From Kiritimatiellia bacterium (GTDB lineage Bacteria; Verrucomicrobiota; Kiritimatiellia; RFP12; DVOR01), in assembly GCA_031553315.1 (NCBI GenBank), contig JAVBLT010000017.1, forward strand, positions 25,696 through 89,695: a DNA stretch of 64,000 nt, given 5' to 3'. The translations under genes were made by a program, and so were the position numbers. Each line of letters begins with the position of its first letter. Positions within the stretch are counted from its first letter, which is position 1. The notes under the pieces were generated by a model. It was not told the origin of the DNA and ran no database searches. It was given only the letters and a program-made list of their open reading frames with translations. Positions 53,094 to 62,054 of this stretch are shown here, one piece after another.

Positions 53094-53585
53094 ATGAGCG
53101 AAGAAGAAGTTAAAACCGATGCTTCCGCCGCCGCAGAAGAAACCAAAAAACCTGCGATGAGCGAGGCTCAGGCGATCCTTTCCGAAGGCGAGCAGACCGG
53201 ACCGATCGTCGACGCGAAGAAGAAGCACAAACAGAAGGTCATTCCCGCGGGAATCGCCTTCATCCGCGCGACTTACAACAACACGATCGTTTCGATCGCC
53301 GATGCCCGCGGCGGCGTCATCTCCTGGAGCTCGGCCGGCAAGGCCGGTTTCAAGGGATCCCGCAAGAGCACCGCGTTCGCGGCCACCATGGTCGCCCAGG
53401 ATGCCGCCCGCCAGGCCTACGCCAAGGGCATGCACGAAGTGGAAGTGCGCATGCAGGGCGCCGGCGCGGGCCGTGAATCCGCCGTGCGCGCCATCCAGTC
53501 CGTCGGCATCCACGTCACCATGATCAAAGATTGCACCCCGATCCCCCACAACGGTTGCCGTCCGCGCAAAAGAAGGAGAGTCTAA
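53094..53585 (+). CDS. rpsK: 30S ribosomal protein S11 (with an N-terminal extension of about 35 aa)
   Basis: 163 aa. IAFIRATYNNTIVSIADARGG and CTPIPHNGCRPRKRRRV. Confidence 0.9.
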   Translation: MSEEEVKTDASAAAEETKKPAMSEAQAILSEGEQTGPIVDAKKKHKQKVIPAGIAFIRATYNNTIVSIADARGGVISWSSAGKAGFKGSRKSTAFAATMVAQDAARQAYAKGMHEVEVRMQGAGAGRESAVRAIQSVGIHVTMIKDCTPIPHNGCRPRKRRRV

Positions 53586-53587
53586 TA

Positions 53588-54217
53588 ATGGGCAGATATA
53601 CAGGCCCCGTTTGCCGGCTGTGCCGCCGCGAAGGGCAGAAACTGTTTCTCAAAGGCGCACGTTGCTACATGTCGAAATGCGCCATCGAAAAGGGTGAACC
53701 CGCTCCCGGCCAGCACGGCGCCCGCCGCGGTCGCAAAATGACCGAATACGGCACCCAGCTTCGCGAAAAGCAACGCCTGCGCCGCCAATACGGCATGCAG
53801 GAAGTGCAGTTCCGCCGCTTCTTCAGAGAAGCGCTGCGCCGCCAGGGCGTTACAGGCGAAGTGCTCCTGCAGATGCTCGAGACCCGCTTGGACAACGTGA
53901 TCTACCGCCTCGGCTTCGCGACCTCGCGCCGCGCCGCCCGCCAGTTTGTGCTTCATGGCCACGTCGCCGTGAACGGGCATACGGCCACGATCCCCTCCAT
54001 GCTTCTTTCCGCCGGCGACGCCATTGACGTGCGTGACCGCAAGCAGAGCCGCGAAGCGGCCTCCCTCGCTCTGGAAAGCGCCACGACCCAGCAGACCCCC
54101 AGCTGGTTCTCGCTGGACCGCAAAGCCTTCCACGGCGAGCTCCTTGCGATTCCCACACGCGATCAGATCGCGCCGATCGTCAATGAGCAGGCCATCGTTG
54201 AATTGTATTCTCGTTAA
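53588..54217 (+). CDS. rpsD: 30S ribosomal protein S4
   Basis: Trimmed to MGRYTGPVCRLCRREGQKLFLKG (209 aa). Confidence 0.95.
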   Translation: MGRYTGPVCRLCRREGQKLFLKGARCYMSKCAIEKGEPAPGQHGARRGRKMTEYGTQLREKQRLRRQYGMQEVQFRRFFREALRRQGVTGEVLLQMLETRLDNVIYRLGFATSRRAARQFVLHGHVAVNGHTATIPSMLLSAGDAIDVRDRKQSREAASLALESATTQQTPSWFSLDRKAFHGELLAIPTRDQIAPIVNEQAIVELYSR

Positions 54218-54285
54218 TCATTGGCTGGAGCCGGATGCCGCCACCCCTCGCGGGAGCGGCGTCTGGCGCCTGAAAGGACGGAAAC

Positions 54286-55287
54286 ATGCCGATTCGTTTG
54301 AGTCGCTTTGAAATGCCCAACCGTATCGTCCGCGAAGACGCCACGGCCACGGACACGTTTGCCCGCTTCACAGCCGAGCCCTTCGAGGTCGGGTATGCGC
54401 GCACCATCGGGAACTCCCTGCGCCGCGTGCTGCTCTCCTCCATCGAAGGTTTTGCGATCACGGCCGTGAAGATCGACGGCGCCAGCCATGAATTCTGCTC
54501 TTTGCCGGGTATCTCCGAGGATGTGACCGACATCATTCTCAACCTCAAGCGCGTGCTTTTCAAGAGCTTCACCCGCAATCCCCGCTGGCTCTCCCTGAGG
54601 AAAAAGGGACCCTGCGTGGTCACCGCCGGCGATTTCATGCTCGACAACAGCATCGAAGTGCTCAACCCCGGCCAAGTCATCGCCACGTGCGATGTCGACG
54701 GTGTGCTGGAAATGAGCGCGCTCGTGGGCGTCGGTCGCGGCTTCTGCCCGGCCGAGGGCAACAAAGACCCCTCCTTTGAAATCGGAATCATCCCGATCGA
54801 CAGCATCTTCTCGCCCGTCACCCGTGTGAACTACGACGTGGAAAACACCCGCGTCGGCCAGCGCACCGACTATGAGAAACTCGTGCTCGACGTCTGGACC
54901 GATGGCCGCGTCTCCCCCGACGAAGCGCTGAAAACGGCCTCCGCCATTCTGCGCCACCACCTCGACGTCTTTGTCGACTACAGCGAGGAAGTGCTCGAGT
55001 TCGAGCAGTCCGAACGGAAGGAAGACGAGGCCCGCAGCGAGCTCAAGCGCATCCTGAACATGAGCGTCAATGAAATTGAGCTCAGCGTTCGTGCCGCCAA
55101 CTGCCTCAACAACGCCAACATCACCACCGTCGGCGAGCTGGCGATGAAGACCGAGGCCGACATGCTCAAGTACCGTAACTTCGGCAAGAAGTCGCTGAAT
55201 GAAATCAAAGACAAGCTCACGGAGCTCGGCCTTTATCTGGGATACAAGTTCGACGTCTCCCTGCTTGACCGCCCCCCGAACGCTTAA
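54286..55287 (+). CDS. rpoA: DNA-directed RNA polymerase subunit alpha
   Basis: 333 aa. GYARTIGNSLRRVLLSSIEG, and the C-terminal domain ELSVRAANCLNNANITTVGEL. Confidence 0.95.
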   Translation: MPIRLSRFEMPNRIVREDATATDTFARFTAEPFEVGYARTIGNSLRRVLLSSIEGFAITAVKIDGASHEFCSLPGISEDVTDIILNLKRVLFKSFTRNPRWLSLRKKGPCVVTAGDFMLDNSIEVLNPGQVIATCDVDGVLEMSALVGVGRGFCPAEGNKDPSFEIGIIPIDSIFSPVTRVNYDVENTRVGQRTDYEKLVLDVWTDGRVSPDEALKTASAILRHHLDVFVDYSEEVLEFEQSERKEDEARSELKRILNMSVNEIELSVRAANCLNNANITTVGELAMKTEADMLKYRNFGKKSLNEIKDKLTELGLYLGYKFDVSLLDRPPNA

Positions 55288-55303
55288 AGGAATGGTTTAG
55301 ACA

Positions 55304-55720
55304 ATGCGCCACAAGAAAGTTGCCAAAAAATTCGGCCGTTCATTGGAACATCGCATCCAGCTGATGCGCATGATGACGGCGAACCTCATCATCCAGGATA
55401 AAATCCAGACCACCGTGCAGAAGGCCAAGGAAGCCCGCAAAGACGCCGAAAAGCTCGTGACGCTCGCCCGCAAGGGCACGCTCGCCGCCCGCCGCCTCGC
55501 CGCCTCCCGCCTGCGCAGCCCCAAAGCCGTGCAGAAACTCTTCGACGTGGTCGTCCCCGCCATGGAAGGCCGCGCCGGCGGTTACACCCGCATCACCAAG
55601 CTGGGCACACGCCGCGGCGACGCCGCCGAAATGTGCATCCTCGAATGGGTCGCGATCGGCGCTCCCGCCGCCGCCCCCGCCGAGGAAGCGCCCGCCGCCG
55701 CCGAACCGGTCAAGGCCTAA
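55304..55720 (+). CDS. rplQ: 50S ribosomal protein L17
   Basis: 138 aa. MRHKKVAKKFGRSLEHR. Confidence 0.95.
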   Translation: MRHKKVAKKFGRSLEHRIQLMRMMTANLIIQDKIQTTVQKAKEARKDAEKLVTLARKGTLAARRLAASRLRSPKAVQKLFDVVVPAMEGRAGGYTRITKLGTRRGDAAEMCILEWVAIGAPAAAPAEEAPAAAEPVKA

Positions 55721-55739
55721 TGCCTGCCGAATTCAAAAG

Positions 55740-55771
55740 CCCGACCGCTTTCAAGGCGGCCGGGTTTTTTT
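55740..55771 (+). terminator. Intrinsic terminator after rplQ
   Basis: CCCGACCGC-TTTCAAG-GCGGCCGGG followed by a T7 run. Confidence 0.7.
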
Positions 55772-55876
55772 GTACCGCCTCCTTTTTGGAGCAACTTCTT
55801 TTGCCTCTTGCGGGTTTTCCTTTGCCGCGCGCTCAAAATATGGTATAAATAAGTAAACGAAAGGGAGGATTTGGGT

Positions 55877-56710
55877 ATGGCGGAATGCAAACGCGTGAAG
55901 GTCGGCGATGCGGTTTCTTTCGGCGACGGTTCTCTGGCGCTGATGGCAGGGCCCTGCGTGATCGAATCGCGCGAGGGCTGCCTGGCTTTGGCCGAGGCTC
56001 TGGCGCAGCTCGCGGCGCGCCTGAAGGTGCCGTTTATTTTCAAGGCTTCGTTTGACAAAGCCAACCGCACGAGCCTCAGCTCCTATCGCGGCCCGGGGCT
56101 CGACGAGGGCCTGGCGATTCTCGCCGAGGTGAAGGCGCGCTTCAACGTGCCGGTCGTGACCGATGTGCACGAACCCTTCCAGTGCGCGCCGGTCGCGACG
56201 GTGGCCGACGTGCTCCAGATCCCCGCGTTCCTCTGTCGCCAATCGGATCTCGTGGCGGCCGCGGGTGAAACGGGCCGCGTGGTGAATGTGAAGAAGGGGC
56301 AGTTCCTCGCCCCGGAAGACATGGTCAACGTGGTGCGCAAAATCGAGGCGACGGGGAACCGTAACATTGTGCTCACGGAGCGCGGCGCGAGCTTCGGCTA
56401 TCACAATCTGGTGGCGGATATGCGCAGCCTGCTGGTGATGCGCGAACTGGGCTATCCCGTGGTGTTCGACGCCACACACAGCGTGCAGCGCCCCGGAGGA
56501 TTGGGCACGGGCAGCGGCGGCGACGGCCGCTGGGCGCCCGCCCTCGCGCGGGCGGCCGTGGCCACGGGGGTCGACGGGGTGTTCATCGAAACCCATTTCA
56601 ACCCTCCCCAGGCGCTTTCCGATGCGGCCAACGCGATTGCCTTCGGCGCGCTTGAAGGATTGCTGGCGAAGCTGCTGAAGATCCACGCCGTGGTGAATCA
56701 GCCCGAATAA
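55877..56710 (+). CDS. kdsA: 3-deoxy-8-phosphooctulonate (KDO8P) synthase
   Basis: ATG 55877 lies 8 nt after AAGGGAGG (the track uses TTG 55871). LMAGPCVIES, FKASFDKANRTS and VVTDVHE motifs. Confidence 0.9.
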   Translation: MAECKRVKVGDAVSFGDGSLALMAGPCVIESREGCLALAEALAQLAARLKVPFIFKASFDKANRTSLSSYRGPGLDEGLAILAEVKARFNVPVVTDVHEPFQCAPVATVADVLQIPAFLCRQSDLVAAAGETGRVVNVKKGQFLAPEDMVNVVRKIEATGNRNIVLTERGASFGYHNLVADMRSLLVMRELGYPVVFDATHSVQRPGGLGTGSGGDGRWAPALARAAVATGVDGVFIETHFNPPQALSDAANAIAFGALEGLLAKLLKIHAVVNQPE

Positions 56711-56722
56711 GGAGTTGCCCGG

Positions 56723-57277
56723 GTGCTGACCGTGCTGTCATTGGTTTTTGCGGTGCTTTCCGGCCCGGCCGATCGCCTGGCCGATCCGGCGTTTTTGGCT
56801 TCGCTGACGGCGCCGGGCGACGACTCGGCGCGCTGGGATGCGCTGCAGGCGCTGTGGAATGCGGGCCCGGAGGAGGGCGTGCAGCCGGTGCGCCAGATCC
56901 GCCTGCCCGTGGAGCACCACGCCAATGGCCGGGTGAAAGCGCTGCTGACGGCGCGGGAAGCATGGATTTCTTCCTCCAACACGGTTCTGCGCGCAACGAG
57001 CGTGGAGCTGAGGTATCTTTCGGAAAAGGGCGCCCAGGAAGGCGTGCTGAAGGCCGAGGGCCTGATTGTAGACCGCGCGGCGCGCGCGGCCCGGGCTTTC
57101 GGCGCGGTCGAGGTGATGCTCAACGGCAACACGATGACCGGGCGGGGCGCCGTCTTTGATTTGCAGACCCGGTATATCCGGATTCTTTCGGAGGCCCGCC
57201 TGAAAACAAACCGCTTTGGCGGCGCGTTTTCGATGAAGGGTGTTTTCGAGCCGAAAAAGGGAGATGTGAATGAGTGA
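56723..57277 (+). CDS. lptC: Probable LPS export protein LptC (called by synteny; GTG start)
   Basis: 184 aa with an N-terminal hydrophobic anchor. Sits between kdsA and lptA-lptB. Sequence is too divergent for a motif call. Confidence 0.5.
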   Translation: MLTVLSLVFAVLSGPADRLADPAFLASLTAPGDDSARWDALQALWNAGPEEGVQPVRQIRLPVEHHANGRVKALLTAREAWISSSNTVLRATSVELRYLSEKGAQEGVLKAEGLIVDRAARAARAFGAVEVMLNGNTMTGRGAVFDLQTRYIRILSEARLKTNRFGGAFSMKGVFEPKKGDVNE

Positions 57278-57839
57278 GCAATCGCATAAAAGCGGAAAAA
57301 TCGCCCTGCGGGGTCTTTTGCTGGCGGCGCTGGCGCTGACGGTGCCGGCGGCGCTCTTCGGGGCGGCGCCGAAGAAGGCGCCGCAGGTCTCGCAGGCGGT
57401 CGGCGAAACGGAAATCACGGCCGACAGGATGGAATACAATTACGCGGAAGCCGTGGCGGTCATGTCGGACAATGTGGCGGTTCAAGACCCGCAGTTCCGG
57501 TTGACGGCGGATAAGCTCTTCGTCTTCTTCGAGGGCACCAACACGCTGAACCAGATCGTGGTGATGGGGCGGGTCAACGTCTCCAACGAAAACCGGAGAG
57601 TCACCTGCGACAAAGCCGTCTACACCAAGAGCGACGGCCGCCTCGTGATGGAAGGCCAGGCCAAGCTCAGGCAGATCCAGGAAGACGGCAAAGAATTCAC
57701 GGTCGACGGCGAGCGCATCACCATCTGGGTCGACGAACAGCGCGTGGAAATCACGGAGCGCCCGAAAATCGTCTTGCCCTCGGGAAGCCTCAACAAGGAA
57801 ACGGCGGCTGGCAAGGGAGCGGCGAATGAGCGGAAATGA
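57270..57839 (+). CDS. lptA: LPS export periplasmic protein LptA (OstA-like fold)
   Basis: 189 aa. Signal-like N-terminus. ITADRMEYNY..LTADKLFVFF..VTCDKAVY..LVMEG repeats, typical of the OstA N-domain. Confidence 0.75.
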   Translation: MSEQSHKSGKIALRGLLLAALALTVPAALFGAAPKKAPQVSQAVGETEITADRMEYNYAEAVAVMSDNVAVQDPQFRLTADKLFVFFEGTNTLNQIVVMGRVNVSNENRRVTCDKAVYTKSDGRLVMEGQAKLRQIQEDGKEFTVDGERITIWVDEQRVEITERPKIVLPSGSLNKETAAGKGAANERK

Positions 57840-58563
57840 CACGCCCGATCTGCAGGCCTTCGAGCTGGTGAAGGAATACGGCACGCGCGCGGTGGTCAAT
57901 GGCGTGTCGATCCAGGCCTCATGCGGCGAAGTGGTGGGCCTGCTGGGCCCCAACGGCGCGGGCAAGACGACCACATTTTACATGCTCGTGGGCCTGGTGC
58001 GCCCCAATTCCGGTCAGATTCTCTTCCGCGGGGAAGACATCACCCGCATGCCGGTCTACAGGCGCGCGCGCATCGGCCTGGGCTATCTCGCGCAGGAGGC
58101 TTCGATCTTCCGTAAGCTGACGGTCGAGGAGAATGTGCTGGCGATTTTGGAGACGCTCCCCCTCTCGAAGGCCGAGCGCCTGGAGCGGATGGAAGAGCTG
58201 CTGGGGTCGCTGGGCCTGCTCAAGGTTTCCAAGCAACGGGCCTACACGCTCAGCGGCGGTGAACGGCGCAAGCTCGAAATCGCTCGGGCGCTGGTGCGCA
58301 AACCGCAGATCCTGATGCTCGACGAACCCTTCGGCGGCGTGGACCCGCTGGCGGTGAGCGATATCCAGGCGATTGTAAAAGGATTGCGCGATCAGGGGTT
58401 GGGTGTTATCATCACCGACCACAATGTGAGGGAGACTCTGTCGATCGTCGACCGCGCCTATCTCGTCTACGAAGGGCAGGTGCTCTGCGAGGGCACCGGG
58501 CAGACCCTGATCGAGGATCCCCGCGCACGCGAATTTTACCTGGGGCGCTCGTTCCGCATGTGA
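57826..58563 (+). CDS. lptB: LPS export ABC transporter ATP-binding protein LptB
   Basis: 245 aa. GPNGAGKTTTFYM, LSGGERRKLEIARAL and LMLDEPF. Confidence 0.9.
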   Translation: MSGNDTPDLQAFELVKEYGTRAVVNGVSIQASCGEVVGLLGPNGAGKTTTFYMLVGLVRPNSGQILFRGEDITRMPVYRRARIGLGYLAQEASIFRKLTVEENVLAILETLPLSKAERLERMEELLGSLGLLKVSKQRAYTLSGGERRKLEIARALVRKPQILMLDEPFGGVDPLAVSDIQAIVKGLRDQGLGVIITDHNVRETLSIVDRAYLVYEGQVLCEGTGQTLIEDPRAREFYLGRSFRM

Positions 58564-58630
58564 GCGGAGGCGCGAAACCGGTTTAAACCCGCGCGGCGAA
58601 AGGCGCCGCGCTGAAACAAGGAGGCAGAAA

Positions 58631-58957
58631 ATGACGATAGAAGTAAATGCTCGCCATAAGACAATTTCCGATGCGTTCCGCGATTATGCGCGGGTGCGCG
58701 CCGCGAGGATCGGTCAGCAGTTTCCCAAGGTGGAAAGCATTCATGTGGTGCTTGATTTCCAGAACCGCCTGCATATTGCCGAAGTGATTGCCCAGTGCAA
58801 GGCCGAGCAGGTCGTGGGCAAGATCTGCACGGAGGGCAACATCCGCGCCGCAATGGACAGCGCGGCGGCAAAGGTCGAGCGCCAGCTCCGCCGGATGCGC
58901 CAGAAAGCATTCCAGGTGCCGGTGCGCAAATCGGCGGCGATGGCTGAAGAAGCCTGA
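58631..58957 (+). CDS. hpf: Ribosome hibernation promoting factor (short HPF/RaiA type)
   Basis: 108 aa. MTIEVNARHKTISDAFRDY..KVERQLRR pattern. Confidence 0.85.
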   Translation: MTIEVNARHKTISDAFRDYARVRAARIGQQFPKVESIHVVLDFQNRLHIAEVIAQCKAEQVVGKICTEGNIRAAMDSAAAKVERQLRRMRQKAFQVPVRKSAAMAEEA

Positions 58958-58982
58958 GCGGCGGGAGAGGCGGAAAGCCGGA

Positions 58983-59963
58983 ATGTCTGAATTCGTCATG
59001 CGCAACAATGAAGTGGTGCCGAAGCTGACCATTGAAAAGTTTTTCAACGGTGGGCGCGAGGTGCTTTCTCTTGAAGTGCTGGCGGGGCATTCCGGGTTTC
59101 CCCGCGTGATTCCCCAGGCCTTTTTCCACCGCCCCGGCTTGGCGATTGCGGGGTTTTTCGAACACTTTCCGGCGGGGCGCATTCAGGTCGTGGGGGCAAC
59201 CGAAACGGCCTATCTGAACTCGCTTTCGCCTGAGCGCCGGGTGCAGATCTGGCGCAGACTTTTCGAGGCCGGCGTGGTGTGCGCGATCGTCACACAGCCG
59301 CTGGCGCTTCCGCCCGAGGTGCCGCGCCTGGCGGAGGAGTTCAAAGCGGTGTTGCTGAAATCGGCCCTCCCGGTGCCGGAGCTGATCGCGCGCGGCCTTC
59401 TGGTGCTGCACGACCAGACCGCGCCGCAGGCTTCGCTCCACGGCACCATGGTGGGCGTGGCCGGGGTGGGGGTGCTCCTCACGGGCGAGCCGGGCGTGGG
59501 CAAAAGCGAAACCGCGCTGGGCCTTGTCCGCCGAGGCGCCACGCTCATCGCCGACGATATGACGAAGCTGACCGTAAGCCCGTATGGCGTGCTGATGGGG
59601 CGCCCCGTTCCGTACATGGCCGCCTACATGGAAATCCGCGGCCTGGGTCTGCTGCATATTCCCTCGCTCTACGGCGTGGCGGCCGTGCGCAGCGAAATGC
59701 CCCTGGATTTGATCGTCACCTTGCTTAAAACCAACCCCGAAGGCGGATGCGACTGCACCGGCGCCGATGTGCGCACATGGTCCGTGCTGGGGCGCGATGT
59801 GGCGCATCAGGTCGTACCCGTAGTCCCCGGGCGCGATTTTGTGAATATTGTTGAAACAGCGGCCTTCGCGCACCGAATGCGCGCGGCGGGAATCGACGCA
59901 GCCGCTTCGCTGGATGAATGCGTGAAGGCGCATCACCGGTCAGTTGGAGTAAAAAATGGCTAA
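58983..59963 (+). CDS. hprK: HPr kinase/phosphorylase
   Basis: Track ORF 58788.. trimmed to MSEFVMRNN (326 aa). P-loop GEPGVGKSETAL, IADD, and EIRGLGLL. Confidence 0.9.
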   Translation: MSEFVMRNNEVVPKLTIEKFFNGGREVLSLEVLAGHSGFPRVIPQAFFHRPGLAIAGFFEHFPAGRIQVVGATETAYLNSLSPERRVQIWRRLFEAGVVCAIVTQPLALPPEVPRLAEEFKAVLLKSALPVPELIARGLLVLHDQTAPQASLHGTMVGVAGVGVLLTGEPGVGKSETALGLVRRGATLIADDMTKLTVSPYGVLMGRPVPYMAAYMEIRGLGLLHIPSLYGVAAVRSEMPLDLIVTLLKTNPEGGCDCTGADVRTWSVLGRDVAHQVVPVVPGRDFVNIVETAAFAHRMRAAGIDAAASLDECVKAHHRSVGVKNG

Positions 59964-60237
59964 TGAATTGATGCGTGTGCTTTTATTGAAAAACAAGTAT
60001 GGAATGCACGTTCGCCCCGCGGGGCTTTTTGCGAAGGTCGCCTCCAAATACCGCTCGGATGTGACGGTCGAGAAAGACGGCATCACCGTGCCCGGAAAAA
60101 GCATCATGGCGTTGATGACGCTGGAAGCCATCTGCGGGAGCGAGCTCAAGGTCAGCGCCATGGGGGAAGACGCCGAGGCCGCCCTCAGCGAGCTCGAGGC
60201 CCTCGTCGCCCGCAAGTTCGACATCCCCGACGAATAA
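59956..60237 (+). CDS. ptsH: Phosphocarrier protein HPr
   Basis: 93 aa. GMHVRPAG (His15 site) and GKSIMALMTL (Ser46 site). Confidence 0.9.
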   Translation: MANELMRVLLLKNKYGMHVRPAGLFAKVASKYRSDVTVEKDGITVPGKSIMALMTLEAICGSELKVSAMGEDAEAALSELEALVARKFDIPDE

Positions 60238-60245
60238 GAGGCTTT

Positions 60246-62039
60246 ATGGACGATCCGGAACCCGCCGGGCCCGACAATCAAACCGTGCAATACCAAGGCC
60301 TTGCCGCCTCCGACGGCTTGGTCTTCGCCCCCGTGGTGCGCCTGAACATGGCCGGCGGAGAAGCCCCCCCCCGCCGCAAGCTCGCGCCGGGCGCCATCGA
60401 CGCCGAAGTCAACCGCTTCCATGCGGGGCTCGAATTCACCCGCGCCCAGATCCGCGAGCTTGTGGTCAAAACGGAAACCTCCGCATCCTCCACCGAGGCG
60501 GGCATCTTCGATTCACAGCTGATGATGCTCGACGATTCCTTCTTCCTTGAATCCGCCCTCAAGCTGATCCGCACGGAACACGTCAACGCCGAATACGCCG
60601 TCTACCAGGTTTTTTCCGACACCATCGCCGTGATGACCCGCATGGGCGACGCCTATATGCGCGAACGCGTGGCCGATATTGAAGACGTCCGCACCCGCCT
60701 CATCGCAAGCCTTGAGGGCGACGACCGCGGGCGGGGCGCCCTGAGCTTCGACCGCCCCTGCGTGATCGTGGCCGACAACATCACCCCTTCCGACGCGGTC
60801 TCCCTGCCCCAGCAGTTCATTCGCGGCATTGCCACCGAGCACGGCAGCCTCACCGCCCACGTTTCCGTCCTGGCCCGCGCGCTCGGCGTGCCGGCGGTCG
60901 TCGGCATCGGCCGCCCGCTCAACGCCATCGCCAATGGCGACGAAGTGGCGCTCGACGGTTTCCACGGCGTGCTGTGGCACAACCCGACCCCCGAAGTTAA
61001 AAACGATCTCCTCGCCGCGACCATGCAGCAGCGCGCCGCCCAGGAGCACCGCAAGCGCCTGCGCGACCAGCCCGCCGTCACCCCCGACGGCGAACGCATC
61101 ACCCTCATGGCCAACACCGACCACAGCGTGGGCTTTTCGCGCATCGCCGACCAGGGCGCGGAGGGCATCGGCCTCTACCGCACCGAATACCTGTGGATCG
61201 GCATGGGGCGCGAGCCCACGGAGGAAGAGCAGTTTCACGCCTACTCCGAAGTGCTCCGCTCCGCCAACGGCAAACCCGTGACCCTGCGCGTGCTCGATAT
61301 CGGCGGCGACAAATACATGGGCAACGCCCGCGAGAAGGGCGAGGCCAACCCCTTCCTCGGCAACCGCTCCATCCGTTACCTGCTCAACAATAAAGCCGTC
61401 TTCCGCCGCCAGGTCCGCGCCATTCTGCGCGCCGCGCTCCCCGAGCCCAATTGCCGGATGATGTACCCCATGATCTCCACCTTCGAAGAGCTCAAGGAAA
61501 GCAACGATTTCGTGCGGGAATGCAAAGCCGAGCTCGCGGCCCAGGGCATTCCGCACAGAACCGACGTGCCCACCGGCATCATGATCGAAGTGCCTTCGGC
61601 GGTGTTTATCGCGCAGGCCCTCGCCGAAGAGGCGCACTTTTTCTCCATCGGCACCAACGACCTGGTGCAATACACCTTTGCCGTGGATCGCGGCAACGAA
61701 TCGGTCGCGCGCCTCTACCAGCCCATGCACCCCGTGATCCTCAGGATGATTCAGATGACGATCGACGCGGCCAAAAAGCACCGCCGCCGGGTCTCGATCT
61801 GCGGCGAGATGGCCTCCGACCCGCTCGCCTGCCTGTTGCTCATCGGCATGGGGATCCGCGAGCTGAGCATGTCGGCCAATCTCATCCTGCGCGTGAAAGA
61901 GATGATCTGCCGCGTGGCGCTTTACGATATGCAGCGCCTGGTCGACGATATCCGGCGCGGGAATTACGCCTCTTCCGAAAAAGTGATTGAACAGTGCCGC
62001 GCCGTGCTCAACCGCTACGCGCCCGACGTCATGCAGTGA
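60246..62039 (+). CDS. ptsI: Phosphoenolpyruvate-protein phosphotransferase (PTS enzyme I)
   Basis: 597 aa. GSLTAHVSVLARALGVPAVVG (active His), GLYRTEYLW, and CGEMASDP. Confidence 0.9.
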   Translation: MDDPEPAGPDNQTVQYQGLAASDGLVFAPVVRLNMAGGEAPPRRKLAPGAIDAEVNRFHAGLEFTRAQIRELVVKTETSASSTEAGIFDSQLMMLDDSFFLESALKLIRTEHVNAEYAVYQVFSDTIAVMTRMGDAYMRERVADIEDVRTRLIASLEGDDRGRGALSFDRPCVIVADNITPSDAVSLPQQFIRGIATEHGSLTAHVSVLARALGVPAVVGIGRPLNAIANGDEVALDGFHGVLWHNPTPEVKNDLLAATMQQRAAQEHRKRLRDQPAVTPDGERITLMANTDHSVGFSRIADQGAEGIGLYRTEYLWIGMGREPTEEEQFHAYSEVLRSANGKPVTLRVLDIGGDKYMGNAREKGEANPFLGNRSIRYLLNNKAVFRRQVRAILRAALPEPNCRMMYPMISTFEELKESNDFVRECKAELAAQGIPHRTDVPTGIMIEVPSAVFIAQALAEEAHFFSIGTNDLVQYTFAVDRGNESVARLYQPMHPVILRMIQMTIDAAKKHRRRVSICGEMASDPLACLLLIGMGIRELSMSANLILRVKEMICRVALYDMQRLVDDIRRGNYASSEKVIEQCRAVLNRYAPDVMQ

Positions 62040-62054
62040 AAAACAGGAAAACAG

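Noticed and set aside
13766-58983. N-terminal extensions of track ORFs (13766, 15145, 17631, 24170..25132, 25676..26890, 45098, 47069, 47581, 48814, 51489, 52337, 53531 and 58788)
   Set aside because: The extensions are Arg/Pro-rich read-through of the upstream gene in another frame. Internal ATGs with an RBS, or with ATGA coupling, give canonical N-termini, so the coordinates were trimmed.
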